Below are positions 1 to 7,633 of a stretch of DNA of 64,000 nucleotides, piece after piece. The DNA is from a virus. Lineage: Duplodnaviria > Caudoviricetes. The stretch is taken from positions 1 to 64,000 of the IMG/VR virus record IMGVR_UViG_2595698882_000001; one strand, given 5' to 3'. The notes beneath the pieces are model-generated. The model was given only the letters and a program-made list of their open reading frames with translations, had not been told where the DNA came from and ran no database searches. Position 1 is the first letter of the stretch, and every line of letters starts with the position of its first letter. The translations under genes were made by a program, and so were the position numbers.

Positions 1-266
1 GGGCGTGTAAATCGAGTCCGCTTCATGCTAGACTTTATTGTTCGCATCTTGTGGAGGGGGCGGCGGGAGAATTTTCATTATTCTAAATATTCTGACAATT
101 CAAGGGGGCGCATATAAGTGTTAGACTATCCCTTTGTCAGAATACCGCTCACCCTTCTCAGATTGCCCTGTAAGACGTTTTAATAATAATCGAGTATATT
201 TAGTCTTAAACAGGTTAAAACGGCTTAAAACGCATTTAAATAGTAAATATTTTTCTATAATAAGTG

Positions 267-295
267 TTGACATAACATATAGACCATGTTACACT
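267..295 (+). promoter_or_regulatory. sigmaA-type early promoter
   Basis: TTGACA-17-TACACT with extended TG. Confidence 0.7.
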
Positions 296-343
296 ATAGT
301 TACAGTAAGATACACGATATATACTATAAGGAGGTGAGGGTAA

Positions 344-379
344 GTGGCACGCAACCAAACTGACAAATCTAAAAAGTAA
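344..379 (+). CDS. 11-aa micropeptide MARNQTDKSKK
   Basis: Perfect RBS TAAGGAGGTGA, GTG start, directly downstream of the promoter at 267. Confidence 0.4.
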   Translation: MARNQTDKSKK

Positions 380-535
380 TTAGCAGCACGTATGCAAAGT
401 AACGTCTCAATACTATTGACTTATATTTGACTTTTAATTAAGGGATCGTTTCTTGATAGCTCATTAACGATTCATGTACTGCCTTGGGTTGGTGGAGGGT
501 AAGCCGCTCTTCACCAAATTTTTTATAAAAAGGTA

Positions 536-565
536 TTGACAGTTAGTCAACATACATAGTATAAT
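536..565 (+). promoter_or_regulatory. sigmaA early promoter with TTGAC-N5-GTCAA palindrome
   Basis: TTGACAgttaGTCAA...TATAAT, 18-bp spacer. Confidence 0.8.
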
Positions 566-625
566 AAAAGTATAAAAAGATACTGGTGAGCTATGCAGAG
601 GACGCATATAAAGGGGTGAATAAGG

Positions 626-799
626 ATGAAGGCTTATGATGAATATACAGTAGGTCATTTCACGGTTGTAATGCGGCGGGGCAGTGGCGGCTATGTAGGT
701 CATTACACTGATCATAGTAGTGGCTCAACATATTCCTTCCATGCGGAGGGGATGACACGTAAGCAGGTACTTAAGAGGTTTTGGGATCGTATTAAATAG
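626..799 (+). CDS. hypothetical protein, 57 aa (not in ORF track)
   Basis: RBS AAGGGGTGA; MKAYDEYTVGHF...FWDRIK. Confidence 0.65.
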   Translation: MKAYDEYTVGHFTVVMRRGSGGYVGHYTDHSSGSTYSFHAEGMTRKQVLKRFWDRIK

Positions 800-902
800 T
801 AGCTCATTTTGTAGTAGCTCTGGCTCCGCTGGGTATACCGGAGCTACGGCGGGCTGCACAGGGTAAGCTAATTGTCAGAATATTTTTATTTCTTAAAAGT
901 GG

Positions 903-931
903 TTGACTTGTGGTCAATAGGGTGATATACT
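903..931 (+). promoter_or_regulatory. sigmaA early promoter with palindrome
   Basis: TTGACTtgtgGTCAA...TATACT, 17-bp spacer. Confidence 0.85.
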
Positions 932-964
932 AAAGATGTACTAAAAACGAGGAGGAATTTTACA

Positions 965-1156
965 ATGACTAAATACATTCAGTTAAAGGCAGGAAAGCAC
1001 AGTATGTTTGCAGAGGAAACTGACAATGGTTTAGAATTGAATATCGAAGGTGAAACAGTTGCCGTATTAGAATATGATGAGGAATCTAAATCATTTAAAC
1101 TGTATGCGTATGGTGATGAGGACGAACCAGCTTTCACTCATGATTACAAACTCTAA
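965..1156 (+). CDS. small acidic early protein
   Basis: GAGGAGG RBS, own promoter. Confidence 0.85.
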   Translation: MTKYIQLKAGKHSMFAEETDNGLELNIEGETVAVLEYDEESKSFKLYAYGDEDEPAFTHDYKL

Positions 1157-1176
1157 AAAAAAAATGAAAAAGGGTG

Positions 1177-1205
1177 TTGACTTGTGGTCAATACCCTGAT
1201 ATACT
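1177..1205 (+). promoter_or_regulatory. sigmaA early promoter with palindrome
   Basis: AGGGTGTTGAC-ttgtg-GTCAATACCCT then TATACT. Confidence 0.85.
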
Positions 1206-1236
1206 TAAGTCATACCAATAAGGGAGGGCTTACATA

Positions 1237-1431
1237 ATGAGACAGAGTTTAGAGACGTGGAAAAACATTTTTAGAAACCTAGAGGAAGAGGGAGAGCAAC
1301 TAGAGGTTATATGGTTAGAGGGTAGTGATGAATGGTGTCTATGTGCAGGTACAGAACTATTTGAAGATGGTTTTAAAACAGAGGATGAAGCAAACGACCG
1401 ACTAGAATACCTAGAGAACATTATCCTTTAA
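1237..1431 (+). CDS. small acidic early protein
   Basis: GGGAGG RBS, own promoter, E/D-rich. Confidence 0.85.
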   Translation: MRQSLETWKNIFRNLEEEGEQLEVIWLEGSDEWCLCAGTELFEDGFKTEDEANDRLEYLENIIL

Positions 1432-1449
1432 AAAAAAATTAAAAGGGTG

Positions 1450-1478
1450 TTGACTTTAAATCAATACCCTGATATACT
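1450..1478 (+). promoter_or_regulatory. sigmaA early promoter
   Basis: TTGACTttaaATCAA...TATACT. Confidence 0.85.
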
Positions 1479-1508
1479 TAAGACATACCAAACAAGGGAG
1501 AGAGTAAA

Positions 1509-1883
1509 ATGGAAAAAGTTAAAGCTTACTTACTAGATAACATGGAAGAACTAAAGGACGTTGTAAGAGAGGTTAACAGCTGGAATAGTGAACTTGAACA
1601 TCTTGACTATCAGTATAACGATGAGGACTTCTTTAATACTTACTTTGAAGGTGAACCTATGAAAGCAGTGCGGGCGGCTGTATATGGTGACTACAACTAT
1701 ACTGACGATTATGTTAAATTCGATGGATACGGCAATCTAAAGAGTGTGTCAGAATATGACTTAGAGCGGGAATTAGAGGACCACATTGAGGAAATCATGG
1801 ATTCCCTAGAAGGAAACCTCCCTAACCTAACACTAAGCGATGAACTAACAGCGCTCATTAATGAAGAGGAAGAGGGAGAATAA
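1509..1883 (+). CDS. highly acidic early protein (FDGYGNL motif), possible DNA mimic
   Basis: RBS and own promoter; very D/E-rich; function is inferred. Confidence 0.8.
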   Translation: MEKVKAYLLDNMEELKDVVREVNSWNSELEHLDYQYNDEDFFNTYFEGEPMKAVRAAVYGDYNYTDDYVKFDGYGNLKSVSEYDLERELEDHIEEIMDSLEGNLPNLTLSDELTALINEEEEGE

Positions 1884-1908
1884 TTCTCCTTCTTTTTCTA
1901 AAAAGATG

Positions 1909-1937
1909 TTGACAGTCAGTCAATACGGTGATATACT
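1909..1937 (+). promoter_or_regulatory. sigmaA early promoter with palindrome
   Basis: TTGACAgtcaGTCAA...TATACT. Confidence 0.85.
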
Positions 1938-1968
1938 TAAGACATACTAAATAGGAGGTACATACATA

Positions 1969-2076
1969 ATGACAACACTAGCAGGATATCGGGTAGATAA
2001 TTGTAAGGGGTGCGGCAAGGTTTATCTTGTAGGAGAATCAAAGGACAGAAAGAAATGTGCAGGTTGTGCAAAATAG
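1969..2076 (+). CDS. 35-aa zinc-ribbon protein (not in ORF track)
   Basis: AGGAGG RBS; MTTLAGYRVDNCKGCGK...KKCAGCAK with two CxxC motifs. Confidence 0.75.
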   Translation: MTTLAGYRVDNCKGCGKVYLVGESKDRKKCAGCAK

Positions 2077-2079
2077 GTG

Positions 2080-2108
2080 TTGACTTTTCGTCAATACGGT
2101 GTTATACT
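2080..2108 (+). promoter_or_regulatory. sigmaA early promoter with palindrome
   Basis: TTGACTtttcGTCAA...TGtTATACT. Confidence 0.85.
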
Positions 2109-2152
2109 AAATACATACTAACTCATACATAAACTAATTGGAGGTATGCAGG

Positions 2153-2317
2153 ATGTTAAAACGCTACTATGCTATGCTTAATCGTTATTTCTTTTGTCTT
2201 GAAGAGGGTGAAGAAGTGGAAGCGGTGGACGCTAAACTATTCTATGGTGTCATTGGTGGTACTATCTGTGTTCTGCTGTTTATTATCGCTATTACGTGGG
2301 GTAAACTTCCACTATGA
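2153..2317 (+). CDS. 54-aa membrane protein (not in ORF track)
   Basis: GGAGG RBS; C-terminal hydrophobic helix LFYGVIGGTICVLLFIIAITW. Confidence 0.7.
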   Translation: MLKRYYAMLNRYFFCLEEGEEVEAVDAKLFYGVIGGTICVLLFIIAITWGKLPL

Positions 2318-2439
2318 AAAGGCTATGGAAGCGGCTGACACGTAGGAAGGTGCTGACGGTAGACGAATACTGTTCACAGGTTAATACAATCTGTGAACAG
2401 TATGACCAGTCATTAAAACGATTATTAGAAAAGTGTTGA
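2314..2439 (+). CDS. 41-aa hypothetical protein (not in ORF track)
   Basis: ATGA overlap with the upstream gene; MKRLWKRLTRRK...EKC. Confidence 0.55.
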   Translation: MKRLWKRLTRRKVLTVDEYCSQVNTICEQYDQSLKRLLEKC

Positions 2440-2464
2440 CTTTGCGTCAACGTCCTGTTATACT
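2436..2464 (+). promoter_or_regulatory. sigmaA early promoter with palindrome
   Basis: TTGACTttgcGTCAA...TGtTATACT. Confidence 0.85.
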
Positions 2465-2491
2465 TTAACTATACCAAATATGGAGGGATTT

Positions 2492-2737
2492 ATGATGGAA
2501 CTGAAAACAACTAGTCAATGTGTGGCAACTGCTAAAGAGCTATTAGTCAGTGCGAGAAGTATTAAAAGTCAATGGGAGCATGCTGCATGGTGGGATCAGA
2601 AAGTAGAGCTATTTTGGATCATTCAAGATGCTTTAGAATCTGGCAGGTTTATAGGTGAAGCCTATGACGAACTATGGCAGGCTAAACACATCCTAAATGA
2701 AGCGGAAAGCGTTGCTGGAAGGTATGCGAACGATTGA
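2492..2737 (+). CDS. hypothetical early protein
   Basis: Start moved to the ATG after the GGAGG RBS. Confidence 0.8.
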   Translation: MMELKTTSQCVATAKELLVSARSIKSQWEHAAWWDQKVELFWIIQDALESGRFIGEAYDELWQAKHILNEAESVAGRYAND

Positions 2738-2764
2738 CAGTGCAAGGCGTTACCATTAAAGGAT

Positions 2765-2947
2765 ATGACGCCTAGACAGGGAATGCAAGTGTTATTTGAA
2801 GGCATTACTGTCCAGATAGCAAGCAGGCGTTTGAATGGGTTCTATAAGGCTGTTGTCCTTTATGGTGACGATATGGAATACTTTGAAGGCGATACGATTC
2901 AGCTACATGAGGAAACACTCGTAAAAAAAGTTTTAAATATGGGTTGA
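2765..2947 (+). CDS. hypothetical early protein
   Basis: ORF fills the gap between cassettes; weak RBS. Confidence 0.6.
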   Translation: MTPRQGMQVLFEGITVQIASRRLNGFYKAVVLYGDDMEYFEGDTIQLHEETLVKKVLNMG

Positions 2948-2973
2948 CTTCTAGTCAACCCATATGGTATACT
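2944..2973 (+). promoter_or_regulatory. sigmaA early promoter with extended palindrome
   Basis: ATATGGGTTGACT-tct-AGTCAACCCATAT then TATACT. Confidence 0.85.
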
Positions 2974-3004
2974 TAAGTTAACAAATTAAAGGGAGAGATC
3001 AATT

Positions 3005-3268
3005 ATGATAGGTGAAAGCAGAACAGAGTTAACTCCAGTTTATGACAGACGTAAAAGCTTCTATAAAAAGGCTTGGGTATTAGAGAGTGAAGGTGTTAAA
3101 CAGCTATTGTCTTACCAAACGATTGTAGCAGAGATCAGGGACGGCAAGGCTGAAGTATTCGGGACACACTCAAGTACAACTTTAAGACACATTAAAGATT
3201 TTTTATACCAAAATGGGTTTGAAATTGGGACTAAAAAAGAAATTGAAAAAATGTATATTATGAGTTGA
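3005..3268 (+). CDS. hypothetical phage protein (RKSFYxKA...LxSYxTxV...TTLRHIKDF)
   Basis: RBS and own promoter; motif recalled from many phage early regions. Confidence 0.8.
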   Translation: MIGESRTELTPVYDRRKSFYKKAWVLESEGVKQLLSYQTIVAEIRDGKAEVFGTHSSTTLRHIKDFLYQNGFEIGTKKEIEKMYIMS

Positions 3269-3294
3269 CTTATGGTCAACTCATATGGTATCAT
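3265..3294 (+). promoter_or_regulatory. sigmaA early promoter with palindrome
   Basis: ATGAGTTGAC-ttatg-GTCAACTCAT then TGgTATCAT. Confidence 0.8.
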
Positions 3295-3343
3295 TATAAT
3301 TGTAAAGAACATTACATACTAAAAACAAGGGAGCGATTTTATT

Positions 3344-3751
3344 ATGAACACATTACATATGAACACTTGGGCGGTTGAGGAATTAATGGGGCACGTTGAC
3401 GGCGTATCATTCGAGGAAGGTACAGCAAAGCTCGAAGCCATTGTCAAACACGGTTCAGACCATGTACTTACAGAGATAGAAAGGTATGAGGATAAAACGT
3501 ATGATGACCTATTCCGGGAACACTTTGAAGCGATTCTAAAGGAACTAGCGTTTACAGGCAGAGAGCATGCAGTGAAGAACTGTTCTATCACTAGTATCCC
3601 TTACTACTCGGTAAGGTACATCCTAGAGCTTAAAGCGGAACAGATGCTTGAAGGTTATCACGGCTGGTGTGATCATGAGATTGTGCAAGAAGAGGTAAAC
3701 GGATCATTTGAATGCTTCTCGTATTGTGTTAAATGCGGGCAGGAAGTGTAA
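3344..3751 (+). CDS. hypothetical early protein with C-terminal Cys/His cluster
   Basis: RBS AAGGGAG; CDH...CVKC. Confidence 0.8.
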   Translation: MNTLHMNTWAVEELMGHVDGVSFEEGTAKLEAIVKHGSDHVLTEIERYEDKTYDDLFREHFEAILKELAFTGREHAVKNCSITSIPYYSVRYILELKAEQMLEGYHGWCDHEIVQEEVNGSFECFSYCVKCGQEV

Positions 3752-3776
3752 GAGCGGCAACGCTCTTTTTTTTTTA
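3752..3776 (+). terminator. intrinsic terminator
   Basis: GAGCG-gcaa-CGCTC followed by a T-run. Confidence 0.8.
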
Positions 3777-3785
3777 TGATTAGTG

Positions 3786-3814
3786 TTGACTTTAAGACAA
3801 TAAGGTGATATACT
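3786..3814 (+). promoter_or_regulatory. sigmaA early promoter
   Basis: TTGACTttaaGACAA...TATACT. Confidence 0.85.
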
Positions 3815-3844
3815 AAAGACATACCAAATCAGGAGGGAATACAC

Positions 3845-4093
3845 ATGACAATGGATATACAGGTGTTAGCAGACAAGCTGGAGGACATGCAGGACACACG
3901 CAATGATCTAATGGCACAATATGAGGAGACAGGAGCGGCTGAACTGTTAGACGCTATAGAGGAGCTTGATCAGGATATAGAGGAGCTACACACAGACATA
4001 GAGATCATGCAGGAGAATGATCCATATGCACACATGACCACAATGCAAAGGGAAATGAAACGGAATGGATTGAGTCAAGCGGATTTCATTTAA
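3845..4093 (+). CDS. acidic coiled-coil early protein
   Basis: AGGAGG RBS, own promoter. Confidence 0.85.
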   Translation: MTMDIQVLADKLEDMQDTRNDLMAQYEETGAAELLDAIEELDQDIEELHTDIEIMQENDPYAHMTTMQREMKRNGLSQADFI

Positions 4094-4118
4094 GGGCGGG
4101 GTGTCCGCTCTTTTTCTT
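4094..4118 (+). terminator. intrinsic terminator ending the early array
   Basis: GGGCGGG-gtg-TCCGCTC followed by a T-run. Confidence 0.7.
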
Positions 4119-4247
4119 ATTAGTTTGAATTGTCAGACTAATCTGTCAAACCCCTCCCCGTACCTTTTTTTCCCATAAACGACAAGGTACCCTAGCCACC
4201 TCTCTACCCCGGGTAGAAATTTTCCAAGAAATTTTTTTACCTAATTT

Positions 4248-4345
4248 GGAGCCTATCTTAAACGTAAATAGGGAGCCATCGTAAGGAGCCACTAATATGG
4301 AGCCACTAAGATGAGCCACTAATATGGGACCCAACCCCGGAGCAG
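4248..4345. repeat. 13-14-bp tandem repeat GGAGCCACTAATAT (about 6 degenerate copies)
   Basis: GGAGCC-like cores at 4248, 4272, 4285, 4299, 4313 and 4326. Confidence 0.8.
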
Positions 4346-4472
4346 CAATAGGAAGGTAGTATATACTTTGTGAAATAGTGAGCATACTCTCCACCACACA
4401 CCCCTCCCCGTGTTTATATAGGAAGTGTAAATATAGTACTAAGGTACCATAAAAGGTACCCTTTTAACTACC

Positions 4473-4763
4473 CTACCCTAGTATAGAGGTAATCGTATCG
4501 AATATGCGGACTGTGTTGGACTCCCGGTAATGCCAAACTAAGTACCAAACATAGTCCATTACATCGTCCGGGTAGGGACCTGCACATATCCTAGCCTTCT
4601 CGTGGACGAGATAGCTGCATCCCTCGACATAAGGGAGCCTATCGTCATTACGGACCACTGTGAACCCGTGAGAGCGGTTAGGAGGGGTGTACTCCCATAC
4701 CTCATGATCTTTAGCCCTCAAGCTGTCTAAGAGCATAATAAAAGAATCTCTATAACCAAACAT
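4473..4763 (-). CDS. hypothetical protein (paralog of 5688..5999)
   Basis: Start at MFGYRD after a GGAGAGGTGG RBS; shared PxVEGxSY...GP motif. Confidence 0.7.
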   Translation of the reverse strand: MFGYRDSFIMLLDSLRAKDHEVWEYTPPNRSHGFTVVRNDDRLPYVEGCSYLVHEKARICAGPYPDDVMDYVWYLVWHYRESNTVRIFDTITSILG

Positions 4764-4767
4764 CAGG

Positions 4768-4988
4768 CTACCACCTCTCCCCTGTATAAATTGCTTCTCC
4801 ATTAAAATAATCCGCCAACTCCTCTGCATGAACATCGAACATCTTGTGAGCTTTGTTTTTATCCCTAGTTGGCAGTAAAGATACATTGTCTTCTCCCAGC
4901 CAAGCGTAATCATTTAAGCTGCCTTCCTCATTATGAGACCAAAAGCCCTCTACATAGTAATCCCCGATCCTGACATAGACAGCTTCAT
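4768..4988 (-). pseudogene. frameshifted small gene or sequencing error
   Basis: ~70-codon open frame (EAVYVRIGDYYVEGFW...GERW) is one base off the coupled ATG at 4988. Confidence 0.4.
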
Positions 4989-5245
4989 TCTCCTAACCCC
5001 CTTCTATACTTAATGATTTCCCTATAGTCTTTAATCATCTGCTCAAAGAAGTCCAGCTGCACAGCTGAAAGGACTGCTCCAGAAGTGTTACCGTCCTCTG
5101 TAATAACAAGGTGTATCTTCCCAGTATTAGTATCTAATACGTAGCTTACTACATCTTCCCAATCGTCTTTAGTATCTTTGGACAAAAATATACCTGTTAC
5201 CACTGAAGGTATTAAATGTGGAAACTTAGATTCCTGATTACTCAT
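4985..5245 (-). CDS. hypothetical protein
   Basis: Coupled ORF with GGAGG RBS. Confidence 0.75.
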   Translation of the reverse strand: MSNQESKFPHLIPSVVTGIFLSKDTKDDWEDVVSYVLDTNTGKIHLVITEDGNTSGAVLSAVQLDFFEQMIKDYREIIKYRRGLGE

Positions 5246-5507
5246 TGTTTTCTTCCTCCTTATATTTTTGGTATTGTTCGTCTACCTCTTTAGACCAATC
5301 ATCGAAGAAGTCAAACTCCGTTACACCTGATCTAGGGATACACTCGGATATGATCCAAGACAGCCTATCCATGTACTCGTCAGTCATACGAAGCGTAGAG
5401 GTCCATCCTGCTGGGGGCTTATCTAGGACAAGATAAGGGACGCTATGTACAACATACTCCCCGGCATGATGCTTAAACGATAAAAACCTTGCATCTACAA
5501 CTTTCAT
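5238..5507 (-). CDS. hypothetical protein (paralog of 10231..10500)
   Basis: AGGAGG RBS; shared FDF..DW..EV...Y..Y motif. Confidence 0.75.
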   Translation of the reverse strand: MKVVDARFLSFKHHAGEYVVHSVPYLVLDKPPAGWTSTLRMTDEYMDRLSWIISECIPRSGVTEFDFFDDWSKEVDEQYQKYKEEENNE

Positions 5508-5520
5508 CGTGCTGCACCTC

Positions 5521-5691
5521 CTAACCCATTCCGCACACAGCTACGTACAGGAAGAACGTTATAATAATTAATACATATAGAAATGGGATTTTAATTATAT
5601 CCCAAAGCCAGCAGCTAGTCTCCCACATTAGTAATGGTAAACTTAACAGCAGCAAGCTCACCACTACCCCTATAGCTTTTAATATCCTCAC
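5521..5691 (-). CDS. 56-aa membrane protein (not in ORF track)
   Basis: GTG start overlapping the upstream stop; two hydrophobic segments. Confidence 0.6.
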   Translation of the reverse strand: MRILKAIGVVVSLLLLSLPLLMWETSCWLWDIIKIPFLYVLIIITFFLYVAVCGMG

Positions 5692-5999
5692 CGAGCTGTT
5701 CCTCGCAGCATCCGCTTATTGGTATTGCGTGTCAATTTTTGATACCTGTCCCAAGCCTCTTCTACCTCATCTTCGCTGCAACGTAGGTAATACTCTTCTA
5801 CATCGAGGTCTAACGCTTTGCGTATCTTCATCGCAAGAAACCATATTTGATCTAATGCGGAATCTTGTACTGGTCCATATACAAGTGTTTTTGTAGGCAC
5901 GAAGGCATCTTCTACGAGAACATAGCTGTGTCCTTCTACGGGAGGATGCTCTTCGAAGGACCTCGCTACTTCCATTCCGTAAACGGGGAATCTTTCCAT
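5688..5999 (-). CDS. hypothetical protein
   Basis: ORF in a tightly packed leftward operon. Confidence 0.7.
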   Translation of the reverse strand: MERFPVYGMEVARSFEEHPPVEGHSYVLVEDAFVPTKTLVYGPVQDSALDQIWFLAMKIRKALDLDVEEYYLRCSEDEVEEAWDRYQKLTRNTNKRMLRGTAR

Positions 6000-6295
6000 T
6001 CATCCTTCCACTCCTTTCTACGCTTTTCAAAGTACGATTGTAGAGCCTTTTCAGCTGTATCTAACATTGCATCATGAGCAGCTTCGACATCGTAGGGCAG
6101 GTCCTCTTCTCCGCTCATGCTAAGGAACAGGACATCGACATTGAGAATACCCAGTAGTGCCTCTTCATACCTTTTGACGGTCTCCTTGAGCTCCCAGATC
6201 GTTTCTTCGTAGTCTTCTTTACTGGTTTCTAGTTCAAAGACTTCATAGGGCTCTGCCTTAATATCCATACCCTCATAGTGTTTTCTTTCTGCCAT
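5966..6295 (-). CDS. acidic hypothetical protein
   Basis: GGAGG RBS. Confidence 0.75.
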   Translation of the reverse strand: MAERKHYEGMDIKAEPYEVFELETSKEDYEETIWELKETVKRYEEALLGILNVDVLFLSMSGEEDLPYDVEAAHDAMLDTAEKALQSYFEKRRKEWKDEWKDSPFTEWK

Positions 6296-6301
6296 ACCCT
6301 A

Positions 6302-6823
6302 CTACCTCCGTACCTTTGAATTGTTATATGCCTCTTGCAGCATGTCAATAAAATCTTTTAGACCTTCCTTAGACATCCTGATGTTGAAGTCCACGCCCTT
6401 TGTCTCTATGTAAAGATAAGGGTCTCCTCCCATAGATTCATAACAGTGGTCCACACTTTCTACATCATCAAATGTTTTAATGATCATTACACCGTTCCCC
6501 TTGTCATCCCACTTTACGATTTCCTTATGTGTTTTAAAGCTGGTAGTTTGCCCTACAAGTGTAAGTTCCTTATCCTGAAGGAACTCAGAGAGCTCCTCTT
6601 GGCTTATCTCTTTCACCTCTACAGGCTTAGGATCGGATTCAGCCTTTAGCTTGAAATACTTTTTGCACACCCTATCATAGAGCTCTTCAGTCTCTTTCAG
6701 ACGCTCTTCAAACTCAGGCTTCCTGACTTGCTGCTTACGCAGAGCTTCGATCCATTCCTTCTGCTTAAGGATATCGGTATACAGTGCTGCCTTTATAATC
6801 TCAATCTCCTTCAACTTGTCCAT
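6302..6823 (-). CDS. hypothetical protein
   Basis: RBS, operon packing. Confidence 0.8.
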   Translation of the reverse strand: MDKLKEIEIIKAALYTDILKQKEWIEALRKQQVRKPEFEERLKETEELYDRVCKKYFKLKAESDPKPVEVKEISQEELSEFLQDKELTLVGQTTSFKTHKEIVKWDDKGNGVMIIKTFDDVESVDHCYESMGGDPYLYIETKGVDFNIRMSKEGLKDFIDMLQEAYNNSKVRR

Positions 6824-7202
6824 ACTCTTCCCCCTTCGTAATTACAGCATGTTTACTTAGATATTCTGCTGCTTCCTCCTCAGTCAGTACCTCGTAATCC
6901 TCATTTTCTAAAAAGAACATAACACCGAAGCATTCATTATGAATGTCCACACCCATTCTAACCCACGGAGGGTGTGCTTCAACTTCATCTGAGTGGGTTC
7001 CGCTTGGGTATGCGAAATCAAAAAATTCCTCTCCCATCTCTTCTCGTTCCTTTTCCAGCTGCCCCCTCACAACAGACATATCTAGAATGTCGTGTACCCG
7101 GAGTATAGTTCCCGGAGGGTAATGATCATAGTCAGAGCTGTAAACCAGCCTGATTAAGTCTCCTACATTAGCTTTAGCTTCCCAGATTTCTTTTTTACTC
7201 AT
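6801..7202 (-). CDS. hypothetical protein
   Basis: GAGGAGG RBS. Confidence 0.8.
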   Translation of the reverse strand: MSKKEIWEAKANVGDLIRLVYSSDYDHYPPGTILRVHDILDMSVVRGQLEKEREEMGEEFFDFAYPSGTHSDEVEAHPPWVRMGVDIHNECFGVMFFLENEDYEVLTEEEAAEYLSKHAVITKGEEYGQVEGD

Positions 7203-7413
7203 CGGTATCCTCCTCGTATGGAACGCCTAATACATCACTCTTAAACTCTGAGGGCTTCTCGGTACTCCAAGAGTTTCTAGAAGATTGTTGAAAGCAGAAC
7301 GAACATCGAAACCAAGGTACATTAATCTCGGTTACCACTGTAACATGATCCGGGACGTTAAATGAATTGAACTTCTTACACTTGGGACATGCAGCGCTTA
7401 TCGTCTTAATCAT
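7195..7413 (-). CDS. zinc-ribbon protein
   Basis: CPKC...CSFC. Confidence 0.75.
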   Translation of the reverse strand: MIKTISAACPKCKKFNSFNVPDHVTVVTEINVPWFRCSFCFQQSSRNSWSTEKPSEFKSDVLGVPYEEDTDE

Positions 7414-7633
7414 CGGTGCTCTCCTTTTTGCTTTCCATGTACACCTCAGAGAGGGACAATCCTTCTGCGGAACAGCTTCCTATAAAACTCCGCAGCATCT
7501 CCTTTTTATGAAACACTTCCTCTCGGGTTAGTCCATTGATCCCTCGATTGTTTGTAGAAACTTCATTTGCTTCCTTCCAGTCTGATCGGCTAAGATTATT
7601 GAACTTGTTACCTGACAGCTTTCGTCTACGCAT
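7406..7633 (-). CDS. hypothetical protein
   Basis: Start moved to MRRRK after the AAGGGGG RBS. Confidence 0.65.
   Translation of the reverse strand: MRRRKLSGNKFNNLSRSDWKEANEVSTNNRGINGLTREEVFHKKEMLRSFIGSCSAEGLSLSEVYMESKKESTDD

Larger units (their letters stand above)
1..4140 (+). other. Probable long terminal repeat / early host-takeover region
   Basis: Array of short rightward genes, each with a consensus sigmaA promoter, at the window start; strand switches after 4.1 kb; typical Herelleviridae organisation. The repeat boundary cannot be seen in this window. Confidence 0.6.

Noticed and set aside
134-715. ORFs 134..337 and 464..715
   Set aside because: They run across promoters without an RBS; better-supported small ORFs exist at 344 and 626.
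900-3830. CRISPR-like array from the recurring promoter boxes
   Set aside because: The repeats are degenerate promoters separated by whole genes of variable length; no cas genes.
4146-4397. 83-aa minus-strand ORF
   Set aside because: It translates the tandem-repeat junction; no coding evidence.
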